Source: a virus (lineage: Duplodnaviria > Caudoviricetes). From it: 64,000 bases of DNA. The stretch lies in IMG/VR virus record IMGVR_UViG_2859564202_000001. The stretch is one strand, 5' to 3'. Below the pieces are notes generated by a model. That model saw only the letters and a list, made by a program, of their open reading frames with translations. It was not told the origin of the DNA and made no database searches. Within the stretch, counting starts at the first letter, position 1. Each line of letters opens with the position of its first letter. The position numbers were made by a program, and so were the translations under genes. Positions 20,198-30,313 of this stretch are shown piece after piece.

Positions 20198-20585
20198 CTT
20201 TAAAAACTACAATTGAATCGACCACTAATCGTTACTTAAATGACTATTAACAAAAGTCACTTTTAGAGCACCGCAAAAGCCTTTTAATGGTCACGCAATA
20301 AGCCTTTAAGTAACAATTAAATAAGTGGCTTTAAAATCACTACTGCAGCACGATTGAAAGGTAATTAGCGGTCGATTAAGTGTCAATTAATTAATAGTGA
20401 TTCAAAATCTCATTAAAGCGCAATTCAATTGACAGCTAATAAGCCCTTAAGTAACAAATACTTTATCCGTACTTTAAGGGCACGCTAAAAGCCTTTTAAT
20501 CGACATCTAATTGTCATAACGCTTCGATGCGCCCATGGGAATACACTTAGCGGTCGATTAAATGGATACTAAGTAGCAATTAGCC
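20198..20585. repeat. CnnTTAAnnG array (right part, split off by the IS)
   Basis: CTTTTAATGG, CGATTAAGTG, CTTTTAATCG and similar units continue after the IS. Confidence 0.85.
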
Positions 20586-20774
20586 AGAGTCGCGTGACAG
20601 AGTTGTGGCGCACAGTAGCACATCACCCCTACCCCCGTGCATCTCTTAATTAGCACTAAAACAACATTTATCTACTTTATGCTGTTTAGTTTTAACGGAC
20701 TACTACCCCCACCATTGCGGGACAGTGTAACGGTATTGTCCGCACTAAAAGTGACTGAAATATGGCTACAGAGC

Positions 20775-21235
20775 TGCCTGCAACGAGCATCCAATTCAAG
20801 CCGACAACGAGCTTGTAGAAACGCAGCTACAGCGGACACCAACGAGCCAGCAACGCATGATCTAGCGGCCTGAAACAGGCGCCTTGAAGCCCGCCACAAT
20901 GTCGCAACAAGGTCGCAACAATAGCCCGGAAAACTCCCCAACGGACTGTTGAGGCAATCAGCTTGAGTCACCCAACAAGTGCCCCAGCGAGCCTGCTCTA
21001 TCGGTTGCGAAATCGGCCTCAGCAGGCTCTCTCAAACACTTGAGAAAAACTCTGCAGCAAACCTTCCTCACGCCCCGCAACAAGACCTCACAAGACTGCA
21101 ACGGCTGCTAGAAAAAGCTCCTATAATTCCTCGCAGCAAGCTCCCAGAAACACTGCCGCAGCACCGTTTAAAACCCGCCACAGAATTACAGCAAACCCCT
21201 CAGCGACACTGCTGAAGCACTGTCGCATGTCGCAG
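20775..21235 (+). repeat. Second degenerate array of (G/C)CAAC(A/G)AG-like units
   Basis: GTCGCAACAA at 20901 and 20912; GCAACGAG, ACAACGAG, CCAACGAG, CCAACAAG, GCAACAAG, GCAGCAAG elsewhere. Confidence 0.5.
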
Positions 21236-22729
21236 CCCTCCGTGAGCCCAGAACCCCTTAAAAATATCCATTCCAGGACCTCTTAAACGGTCTCTACAGG
21301 GGCTGAAAAAGCACTTATCAAGCTACAACGTCTGCTTCATCTCTATCACCGGTATATTCCAGTGGGACCCTCGTTCTCGTGCCTCGAACCCCACTGAAAT
21401 ACACCGGCGTCGCACTCGCTTCGCTCATATATACAGCAGACCTCTCCTACCTGGGAAAACGCAAAACCGTATACACGTATATACGGCTGAAATCGGCAAA
21501 AACCGCTGCCGTATACACGTGTATATGAACTTAATTTCCCCAGCTTAACAAGCATATTCGCCCCTTTTCTGGTCGCTAAAGCTCCCGCCACAGGGGAAAA
21601 AGAATGAAAGGGCATAAGGGGGTGTGACGCATTGAGCCTTTCGCTGCGCTCAATTCTCAATCCGATCGGCATAGCCGATACACCTGGTTTGCTGACGCAA
21701 ACCCCCGTCCTTCGGACGGCCCTTATCACCCAGCTCCCAAGCCAAAGAGGGGTCAGTTGCTGCGCTGTCTTTCCTCCCCTCTTCGTCTTCCGCTGTGTGC
21801 CCCTTCGGGGTGCCCCTAACAACCACCGATGTGGCTGGCGCCACGATCTTTTCGGTGGTTGTCATTCAAGCCCTTGAGACACCAACCTGACTGCAGCTGT
21901 CGCTGCGTCATGCCTGTAGGTTCGCTGCGCTCACTGGTGTTACGGGCTTTCAAGACAGGCGTGCTGCGCGGCCCTCATAATCGTTGTGACGATTCTTCGT
22001 TGCCCGCTGCGCCCGCGACGCGCCTAAAAGCAATCACCTTTGCACGGCTGCTGCTCCGTTCTTCGAACTCCCACATCAGCTCGCACAGCCCGTTGAAGGC
22101 GCGCTAAAAGATGAAAAGATCCTGCAACAAAAACGGTTGCAAAAAACTCAAGGGAAGCTCGCTACGAAACCTCTCGTTTCTTCGCAAGCGGTGCGCGACG
22201 CACACTTAAAAAACACTCTCGCAACACTCGCTCAATTACTACGTTCAAGAGTCCAACCAACACAACAAACCAAGCTCTAAGAATCCGAAAATATCAGATA
22301 ATTATGCACCCCTTTTAATATCAACAAAGGTACTCAGAAGTTCATTAATTACTCACCCACATAATTTATGAAAACTCTGTCCCCGTAGGCGCACAATGGA
22401 TGCCGTGGATTAGTAGCAAAAAGTCTGACTCAAGGCAAGCGCTCGCAACCTACGGTTGCTTCTCGCGCTTGTGCACGTGTAGTGAGTTGGGTTCTTTTTT
22501 TGCCCGAGGTTGAGGTAAGCGATTCTCGGTTTCACCGATCATCGCGCCAGGCGGTGCCTGGCCGGATGAACTTGGGAGTGTTGGGTGCGCAGCCTCGCCG
22601 CCCGGTGGGTGGTTGCTATGAAAGAAAAGCAACCCGCCCCACAAACACATACAATTAACTTCTATATTTAGTAAATAAATAACTAGTATTTTTAATGACT
22701 TACAAATATCAAGAAAGAATCTATTCCTT

Positions 22730-24031
22730 ATGTCCGCATTATCTAGACCGCACAAGATCGCCACCGGCGTTGCTGTCGCAACTCTTACCCTCACCTTGTG
22801 TACCTCTGCTGCCGGCGTTGTCCATGCAGCGCAACAATCCATCAGCGGTCCAGAATCCTCCTGTGCTTTTAATCAACAGCGTTGGGATGACAGCAAAGTT
22901 AAGCTTGACGACACCATCGCTACGGCCAAAAACTCATTGGTACAAACAGGCGAACTGCACCGCAACGAACAGGATCTACTTACTGGCTATCTTTTCCAGC
23001 AACCGCACAGCAGCAATTACCTTGCACTCAACAACGCTTATGCCGATGCCGTAGCAATCAAAGACAGCTTTGTCCGCCCAACATGTGACGGTTCTAAAGA
23101 GTCCAAGATTGCCAGCGAACACGCCGTGTCTGAGGTTGTGGGTGCAGTGAATGTACTCGCCCGAGCACAAAAAGCGCTGCAGATTAACTCCGACACCTAC
23201 GAACAGCAACGTCGTTGTGATGCCCTTCGTCTAGCAAGCCGAGATGAATCAGATGTTCTTATGCGCATTGATCGCACCATGCTGCAGCTTCGTCGCACAC
23301 TAGCTGACATTGACCAGGCGTCCACAGACATTCGCGATATTCGGGCTCAAACAACAAGCTTTGAACGTGATCTTGCCCGCGAGCAAAAAGAGGCCGACGC
23401 AGCAGCACGTGCTCAAGCTGTAGACACTTCGACCACACCAACATCAAGCACAGAAGATCGTGTCAACGACATTCTTAAAGAGTCCCGTACCGATCACAGT
23501 GGCGACAGTTACACGCGCTCAACGACAACGAGCGCACAAAGCACTGAGCCGGATTCTGCAACCAACACCTCATATCTGTCACGTCGTCTCGACAGCCTGG
23601 AACGCAGTGCGCAGCATATTGATCTCAATACCCAGTGCGACAACCTCGATGATCTTCGTGAACTCACCAACAATGACACGCGTGATCACACCGGCTCCGT
23701 CATTTCCATTGCCGATCAACTCACAGACATCACCAATGAAATCAATGAATTACGCGATAGCACTTTTGCCACCAGAGACAGTGCCCAACAAGCACAGGAT
23801 CAGGTAATTGCTCAACGTGAAGAACTGCAACGAGCAAAGGAAGCACGACTAGAAGAACAGCGACTCGCCAAAGAAGCAGAAGAGGGCGCTCGCAACGCAG
23901 CAATTCAGGAACGTGACGCGGCCGAAGCAGCACTGCGTGAAGCACAAGACCTCCTCAGTCGCCTCGATGACACAGGCAACGCAACCAGTGATGACACAGC
24001 AGCGCTAGTAGACGGTCTTCTCAATAACTAA
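22730..24031 (+). CDS. Secreted coiled-coil protein
   Basis: Signal peptide ending VHA; long heptad-rich helical body. Confidence 0.8.
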   Translation: MSALSRPHKIATGVAVATLTLTLCTSAAGVVHAAQQSISGPESSCAFNQQRWDDSKVKLDDTIATAKNSLVQTGELHRNEQDLLTGYLFQQPHSSNYLALNNAYADAVAIKDSFVRPTCDGSKESKIASEHAVSEVVGAVNVLARAQKALQINSDTYEQQRRCDALRLASRDESDVLMRIDRTMLQLRRTLADIDQASTDIRDIRAQTTSFERDLAREQKEADAAARAQAVDTSTTPTSSTEDRVNDILKESRTDHSGDSYTRSTTTSAQSTEPDSATNTSYLSRRLDSLERSAQHIDLNTQCDNLDDLRELTNNDTRDHTGSVISIADQLTDITNEINELRDSTFATRDSAQQAQDQVIAQREELQRAKEARLEEQRLAKEAEEGARNAAIQERDAAEAALREAQDLLSRLDDTGNATSDDTAALVDGLLNN

Positions 24032-24040
24032 CAATCAGCA

Positions 24041-24088
24041 ACACCGCTCACCGGATACCTTATGAAACACCTGGTGAGCGGTGTGTTT
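24041..24088 (+). terminator. Hairpin/terminator
   Basis: ACACCGCTCACC...GGTGAGCGGTGT. Confidence 0.6.
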
Positions 24089-24149
24089 CACCCCAACAAC
24101 CGAGTAAAATATATCTAGTACTATTTTACGATTGAAAGTAGATTTTTCT

Positions 24150-26012
24150 ATGACCGTTACCTCACCAGCAGCGCTCGCACTCAGCGACATGTCCTATGTG
24201 GACATCATTAAGAAGAAGCGCGGATGGACAACCGAGTTTTTCCACAGCACCATCAACACCGGTGAAACCACCACACCGCTACCAGACAGCGACCGTGCCA
24301 CAGCACTAATCCATGACCACATCACCAAGGCTCAAGAGATAACCATCATCACCGACTTTGATATGGACGGTATTTCAGCCGGTGTCATTGCCTATGCAGG
24401 TCTTGCCGAACTGGGCGCACAGGTCAATATGGTGGTGCCCGACTATCGTGGCGAACGAAATGTCACAGCCAGCGATATTGATCGTGCGCTAGAGCTCTAC
24501 CCTGCAACCTCACTCATCATCACCTGCGATGTCGGCATCGGCTCCCATGAAGGTATTGCCCGTGCTCACGAACGCAGTATCGCCGTCCTGGTCACAGATC
24601 ACCACATGGAGGTCGAACCCTGCCAGGCCGATGTGGTTCTTAACCCCAACAGAATTGACTCTGACTACCCCAACAAAGATATTTGCGGTGCGCAGGTCAT
24701 TTTCGCCACATTGAGTGACTATGCACGTCGTTATCGGGCGGACAAGATTATCGACATTAATTTGTTGGCTGTTTTCTCAGGCATTGGTGCACTCGCCGAT
24801 GTCATGCCTCTCACCCGTGACACTCGACCAACAGTGAAGCAGGCTATTGCGTTGCTTCGGCTTGCTATCCCACAAGTAAGTAAAAACCGTTTCGGCGGTT
24901 GGGATACCTATGCTGCACGCTCTGTTAATCCTGATACGTCCACACTCATGCATATTGTCAATGCCAGCCAGCATGATCACCGCTTCATTGCAGCCTTCCA
25001 AGGCATCTCAATTCTTCTTGGTGAACTGATTGCGCAAAAGAAGCTAGTAAACATCGACAATATTTCTGAGTCATTCATTGGCTTCACTCTTGGTCCGATG
25101 TTTAACGCTACTCGTCGTGTTGGTGGCGACATGCACGATTCATTTCTCGTGTTTGCGCCCCATGCCGCACTAGCATCACAGCCGTCGATGAATCCAAATC
25201 GACATGCTGCGATCTCTCGCATCATTGATAACAACGAACGTCGCAAAGAGCTCTCCAAGTCCTCTTATGCTGCCGTACACAGCTCAGATCAGCCCTACGC
25301 GCCCTTTGTGTGGCTCTCTGAGGCACCAAGCGGCATTCTTGGTCTCATTGCCTCACAGCTCACTCGTGAGTCTGACGTGCCTGCCATTGTCATTAATCCA
25401 GATACCTTGTCCGGTTCAGCTCGCTCACCTGAGTGGGCACCGATCATCACCCAAGTAAACACCCTCAGCGCACAAGGTCACGGCGGTATTCATGCTGCAG
25501 GCCATGAGTACGCCTGTGGTATGCGTTTTGATAACCATGATGACATTGTGACCTTTGTTGCAACACTCGACGCACTCGATAAAAACACGCCACGGGAAGC
25601 ACAGCCGGCAGATCTGCATTTGGTTGACATTGACCACGCGCGTCCTGTGCTTGATAACCCCTCACTCACCCAAGAGCTCAGTACGGTCGATGCTGCAGTG
25701 GATGCTGCACAGTTGCTTGTTCTCATTGATCAGCTTGATCAACTGCAGCCATTTGGACATGGTTTTACCTATCCGCGCATCGACGTGACGTTCAGGCCGG
25801 CAGAAACAGAATTCAAGGTTATGGGTCAGCACCATCAACATCTCAAGGTGATCACTCACTCAGGGTTGACCTTATTGTGGTGGAATAAGGCTCAGCAGCT
25901 CGATGAGATCGCACAGTCTGAATTAGTCACCATGTCTGTGGAGCTCGATGTCAATATGTTCCGTGGGTTTATTTCCCCGCAAGGCATTGTCTCTGCGTGC
26001 ACAGTTATCTAG
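24150..26012 (+). CDS. recJ: RecJ-like DHH/DHHA1 ssDNA exonuclease
   Basis: DFDMDG, ITCDVG, VTDHH, GSARS, GHEYACG, QPFGHG. Confidence 0.9.
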   Translation: MTVTSPAALALSDMSYVDIIKKKRGWTTEFFHSTINTGETTTPLPDSDRATALIHDHITKAQEITIITDFDMDGISAGVIAYAGLAELGAQVNMVVPDYRGERNVTASDIDRALELYPATSLIITCDVGIGSHEGIARAHERSIAVLVTDHHMEVEPCQADVVLNPNRIDSDYPNKDICGAQVIFATLSDYARRYRADKIIDINLLAVFSGIGALADVMPLTRDTRPTVKQAIALLRLAIPQVSKNRFGGWDTYAARSVNPDTSTLMHIVNASQHDHRFIAAFQGISILLGELIAQKKLVNIDNISESFIGFTLGPMFNATRRVGGDMHDSFLVFAPHAALASQPSMNPNRHAAISRIIDNNERRKELSKSSYAAVHSSDQPYAPFVWLSEAPSGILGLIASQLTRESDVPAIVINPDTLSGSARSPEWAPIITQVNTLSAQGHGGIHAAGHEYACGMRFDNHDDIVTFVATLDALDKNTPREAQPADLHLVDIDHARPVLDNPSLTQELSTVDAAVDAAQLLVLIDQLDQLQPFGHGFTYPRIDVTFRPAETEFKVMGQHHQHLKVITHSGLTLLWWNKAQQLDEIAQSELVTMSVELDVNMFRGFISPQGIVSACTVI

Positions 26013-26033
26013 CTTGGTTGCATAAGCACCAAA

Positions 26034-26075
26034 AACAACCCCCAACAGCCTCTACACAGGCAGTTGGGGGTTGTT
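26034..26075. terminator. Terminator between convergent genes
   Basis: AACAACCCCCAAC...GTTGGGGGTTGTT. Confidence 0.7.
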
Positions 26076-26110
26076 GCTATGTTTGTGGTCGTTAAGGTCT
26101 GAAAAAGTCT

Positions 26111-26893
26111 CTACACAGGCGCAGATGATGCGCGTAAACGGGTTGCCATAGAAAACGGTTGTCCTGATTTCATGCCAGGGATACGCCCCTCATCGACAGT
26201 GACCACCACATCACTAAAAACTGTCATGGCTGCCGTCACAGCATCACCGGTGAGTTCTTTCCCGAACACTGTGCCTTTAAGCAACCAACCGTGATGTGCA
26301 GTGGAATCCTCACCCGCACGTGCCTGGTGTCGCACATGGCGATCCTCTCGAAGTGCGTGACGACCATAACCGTCTTCAAAGCGGCACCCTGCAGCCCACA
26401 TGACAAAATGCTCACGACCTTTAATGGTGTTGGCCTCCCCGGTGAGACCATCGCCCCATGGCGTGCCCATAATCGCCACGCTGTCATCCCCAAGACCGGA
26501 GACTGCATTAAGTGTGAGTAACTGCCCCCGCGTCTGCTCACGCAGCTCTCGTTGCCACAGATCGTCGTGCACAGTGTCAAAGGAGTTTCCATAATCAGCA
26601 AGAAGATTGAGACTAAGCTTCACAGGCTCAGAAAGCCCCTTCACTGGCACAGTGACTGTGCCCGTGGACGCAAGACCAGCCTTAGTGCGGTTGTGGCTGT
26701 ACGTACTGCCTTCAGGCGCACAAATGATCAAAGAGTCAGTGTGAATCTCTACAGCCGTGCTGTGGCGTCGCCTGACCTTGGTGGTGTGCTCTAAATAGTC
26801 ATCGCCTGCTGGTACTTCGCACAGATCCCACGGGCCGATACTAATGCCACGTTGAAATTCGTCAGCGATTCGTTGTGCGGTGGTCACAGTCAT
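26111..26893 (-). CDS. Hypothetical protein
   Basis: 260-aa ORF with AAGGGA RBS. Confidence 0.75.
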   Translation of the reverse strand: MTVTTAQRIADEFQRGISIGPWDLCEVPAGDDYLEHTTKVRRRHSTAVEIHTDSLIICAPEGSTYSHNRTKAGLASTGTVTVPVKGLSEPVKLSLNLLADYGNSFDTVHDDLWQRELREQTRGQLLTLNAVSGLGDDSVAIMGTPWGDGLTGEANTIKGREHFVMWAAGCRFEDGYGRHALREDRHVRHQARAGEDSTAHHGWLLKGTVFGKELTGDAVTAAMTVFSDVVVTVDEGRIPGMKSGQPFSMATRLRASSAPV

Positions 26894-27000
26894 AGTTATT
26901 TAAAAGTCCCTTTACTTACATTACTTAGTTATTCATTAATTACTCTAACAAACTTAAAGCTAGGTAACACCAGCAAGAAAGGTAGTTCTCCTACATTCCA

Positions 27001-27172
27001 GAAAAAGACAAAAAGTAGAGCCACTGGGTCACTACTCCCAATGGCTCTACACTCTTCTCGCTCCGTTAAAGATTCCTACTGTTCACCATCCCTGCCGGAC
27101 TATCTGCACACCAGGCAAGTAAAGGAAAACTGATCGCGGTCCTGGACAGGGCAGCAGTAAATGTTTAACTCA
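27001..27172 (-). ncRNA. Candidate structured small RNA or attenuated leader, about 170 nt
   Basis: Minus-strand promoter TTGCAT-N17-TATACT (27207-27179); long imperfect rod (GTTAAA/TTTAAC, TACTG/CAGTA, CCCTG/CAGGG, GGAC/GTCC); terminator GTAGAGCCA..TGGCTCTAC-TTTTT. Confidence 0.5.
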
Positions 27173-27430
27173 CTTTTCAGTATAGACAAACTTTAAAGAC
27201 AATGCAACTAGTTTATAAATCTATTTCAAAGTCAATTACTTACTCACTAAGAAGAATTATCCATATCCTGTCGCACCCATGCCCGAAACCATTTTTATGG
27301 GCCATAAAGTGTACGCAAACTTTTTAGATCACGCAGAAACTAAAAATTCCCATAAGTTTCAATTAATGAACACAGTAACTACTTGATTATTGAAATAGAA
27401 CAAATGTGTGCATAACAGCCATATATATGA

Positions 27431-28033
27431 ATTTAATTATGAACGTAACGTTACAAACGTTACGTATCGTTACACCTCAAAAACATGCCTTGAGCTGCTG
27501 TAAAGGTGAATCTGTAGCGCTACGGTGTAACGATACGAAAAAGCTAAAGTTACACCTAAAAGTACGCTTTAACCTGCTTCTATAGTTCTAAAATTGTGGT
27601 TTGTAACGTTGTAACGATACTTTTGCAACTTTAATATAGACAGAAGAGAAAGAGAGAAAACATATAAACATGATATAGGACACATAAGTGCATAAAAGCA
27701 CATATGCGCGTCATGTCATGTCGTTTTACTACCTACGACCACATAAGCGTGCACATGAGCACTGCCACTCCGCACAGTGGTGATGATAGGTAAATAAGAT
27801 AACCCTGTATGAGCTACTCCCGCGCGTATAGAAAACATGCACAGTATCGTTACAACGTTACACTTTTACATTCATGCAGTTCACAGTGTGTTTTTCATGT
27901 AACTTTGATGTAACGCTTATATTATTTTAAGAATTAACTTTAATATAATAAAAGGGTCTTTGACGTGCATCTTTAGTGCTGTAACACTGTGTAACGGAAC
28001 GTAACGATACGTAACGTTACGCTCGAATTAAAT
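27431..28033. repeat. Mirror-symmetric GTAAC/GTTAC iteron cluster, candidate replication origin
   Basis: About 17 GTAAC/GTTAC pentamers; perfect 20-bp IR 27602-27621/27843-27862; outer imperfect IR 27431-27475/27989-28033; upstream of the helicase gene. Confidence 0.7.
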
Positions 28034-28516
28034 TCACGTTTTTACGGTTTTTTAGCGTTCATCTCATTATGTGGAATTTCCGTCCCATAAATCGACCCCA
28101 CCGCAGCACCCTTTAAATTGACTAAACCTATCAGTCGGCGTGCACCTGCAGCCTCTAAAACACTCCCCTCACTCCATTACGCACACAGTTATGGTTCGTA
28201 ACGCTCGATCACGTGCAGCAGCACTCCCCTACCCACCACGCGCATATGTGTGCACGTGCAACTGTGCGCTAAATGCGTCTTAATAAACCGTTGAGTTTCT
28301 TTATTACTAAGCTTGTTTAAATTGAAACTTCGTTATATTCTGATTAAAGAAAGTAAGTAATTAAGTACTTCGGCTCCACGGCCACCCGCACCGTTGTTCA
28401 CCCACAGTGCACAAGAAAAAGCAACTCACTTCGTGCTTTTTTCACCGACCCCGGCTGTGTGGATGCCACCCACTTACACCGCACAATCGAAAATAAAAGT
28501 AAAGGATGTTCACCTT

Positions 28517-30292
28517 ATGTCTGACACCACAGACAGCCACGACCCAGCAACCTCCCCTACAGTCGATTCAGCCGCATCCGGTACTTCTGACCCCAACCAG
28601 CAACCCAAGAAGAAATTCACCATCATTAAGCAGGTGAACATGATTGCGCGTACTGCCATTGATGACTGCATTAATCGACTAGGCCCAGATGTTGTCACCA
28701 TGTCCAGCGAAGACATTGCTGATCAAGTGGTCAACTCCATTAACGTTGCTATTGCCAGAGAAAACACACGTGCCCAAGATGCCAATGCTGCGGTGCGTTA
28801 CACACCTATCTTTAAGCTCGATTTCTCCCATGTCGCTGTCCTTATGCGCAGACTGCATGTGATTATCAACATCGCGCCATCGCATAACTCTGATCCTGAC
28901 AGCGATATGTTGGCTATTTACGACCCCAACCCACGCAGCGAGCATTACGGGATCTATCGCACCTCAGAGGCTGAAATACGCCGCGTAGCCCGTGAATACT
29001 GCCCTGACCTCACCTCAGCGCAGTTTAGAGAACTGCAGATGGCACTCTCAGATGCTGCACCTCGTAAAGTCCGCCACAAGCAGCGTGACTTGATTCCCGT
29101 GAAAAACGGCATCTTTAATTACTCGACTAAACAACTAGAACCGTTTTCTCAAGAGTTTGTCTTTCTTGCTAAATCTGCAGTGAACTACAACCCAAATGCA
29201 CAAAACCCTGTCATCACTCATCCCCAGGATGGCTCTGTCTGGGATGTTGAATCATGGATGAACGATCTCTCCGATGACCCTGAAGTCGTTAACCTGCTGT
29301 GGGAGATTATCGGCGCTATCGTGCGCCCCTATGTGTCCTGGAACAAGTCTGCCTGGTTCTACTCAGAGGCCGGCAACAACGGTAAAGGCACGCTCGTTGA
29401 GCTCATGCGCAACATCTTGGGCGCAGAGGCCTATACCAGTATCCAGCTCTCGGACTTCTCTAAAGAGTTCCACCTTGAATCACTGACTCGTGCACAAGCA
29501 ATCCTTGTTGATGAGAACGATGTCGGCGCCTTCTTAGAAAAGTCAGCAAACCTTAAAGCGATTGTCACCAATGACGTCATCTCCATTAACCGCAAGCACA
29601 AAACCATGCTCAGCTATCAGTTTTATGGCTTTATGGTGCAGTGTATTAACGGCTTCCCCAAGGTCAAAGACCAGTCGGAGTCATTTTTCAGGCGCCAACT
29701 CTTTGTGCCGTTTGAGAAAAGCTTCACCGGTGCCGAGCGCAAGTACATCAAAGACGACTACATGTCGCGCACTGATGTCCTCGAATATGTACTGCACCGC
29801 GTACTGCATATGAACTACGACAATCTCTCCACCCCTGCTGCAGCTCTCGCTGTGCTGGATGAATACAAAGAGTTTGTCGATCCTGTGCGCGCATTCTGGA
29901 ATGAATTCAGCGATCAATTTGTCTGGGATCTTCTTCCCCTGCAATTCCTCTACGAGTTTTATCGCAAGTGGTTTGACCGTGACAGCCCATCCGGGTCTGT
30001 GCTCGGCAAACGCAGCTTCATTCAAAAAATCACCACCATCGCCGTTGATAGCGGTCAGTGGGAGTATCCGCTGACAGCACAGCGTCCCGGTGGCGATATG
30101 GCCGTTCCTGAGCCATTAGTCATTGATTATGACCTCACCGAGTGGCAAAACGCCACTGTACCTAAAGGTCACGTCAACAAGGGGCTCCCTCTACCACTCA
30201 AGGCTAATTATCGAGGACTGCTCCGCAAACCTCTAACAACACCTGCTACTCCCCCTGCAGCGCCGCTCAACCCCACACCACCCACCCCTTAA
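28517..30292 (+). CDS. priP: D5/P4-type SF3 helicase (annotated as prophage primase)
   Basis: D5-N IPVKNGIFN, Walker A GNNGKGT, Walker B LVDEN, INRKHK, FFRR; AAAGGA RBS. Confidence 0.9.
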   Translation: MSDTTDSHDPATSPTVDSAASGTSDPNQQPKKKFTIIKQVNMIARTAIDDCINRLGPDVVTMSSEDIADQVVNSINVAIARENTRAQDANAAVRYTPIFKLDFSHVAVLMRRLHVIINIAPSHNSDPDSDMLAIYDPNPRSEHYGIYRTSEAEIRRVAREYCPDLTSAQFRELQMALSDAAPRKVRHKQRDLIPVKNGIFNYSTKQLEPFSQEFVFLAKSAVNYNPNAQNPVITHPQDGSVWDVESWMNDLSDDPEVVNLLWEIIGAIVRPYVSWNKSAWFYSEAGNNGKGTLVELMRNILGAEAYTSIQLSDFSKEFHLESLTRAQAILVDENDVGAFLEKSANLKAIVTNDVISINRKHKTMLSYQFYGFMVQCINGFPKVKDQSESFFRRQLFVPFEKSFTGAERKYIKDDYMSRTDVLEYVLHRVLHMNYDNLSTPAAALAVLDEYKEFVDPVRAFWNEFSDQFVWDLLPLQFLYEFYRKWFDRDSPSGSVLGKRSFIQKITTIAVDSGQWEYPLTAQRPGGDMAVPEPLVIDYDLTEWQNATVPKGHVNKGLPLPLKANYRGLLRKPLTTPATPPAAPLNPTPPTP

Positions 30293-30313
30293 CAACCACA
30301 AGAAAGATTTATC

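Noticed and set aside
18130-20585. CRISPR array
   Set aside because: No constant repeat with unique spacers; units are degenerate 10-11-mers; no cas genes
20637-22107. Several 70-160-aa ORFs on both strands
   Set aside because: They overlap one another, lack convincing RBS or motifs, and lie in repeat/hairpin DNA
27396-27411. Second SOS box TAGAACAAATGTGTGC
   Set aside because: Right half-site matches the consensus too poorly
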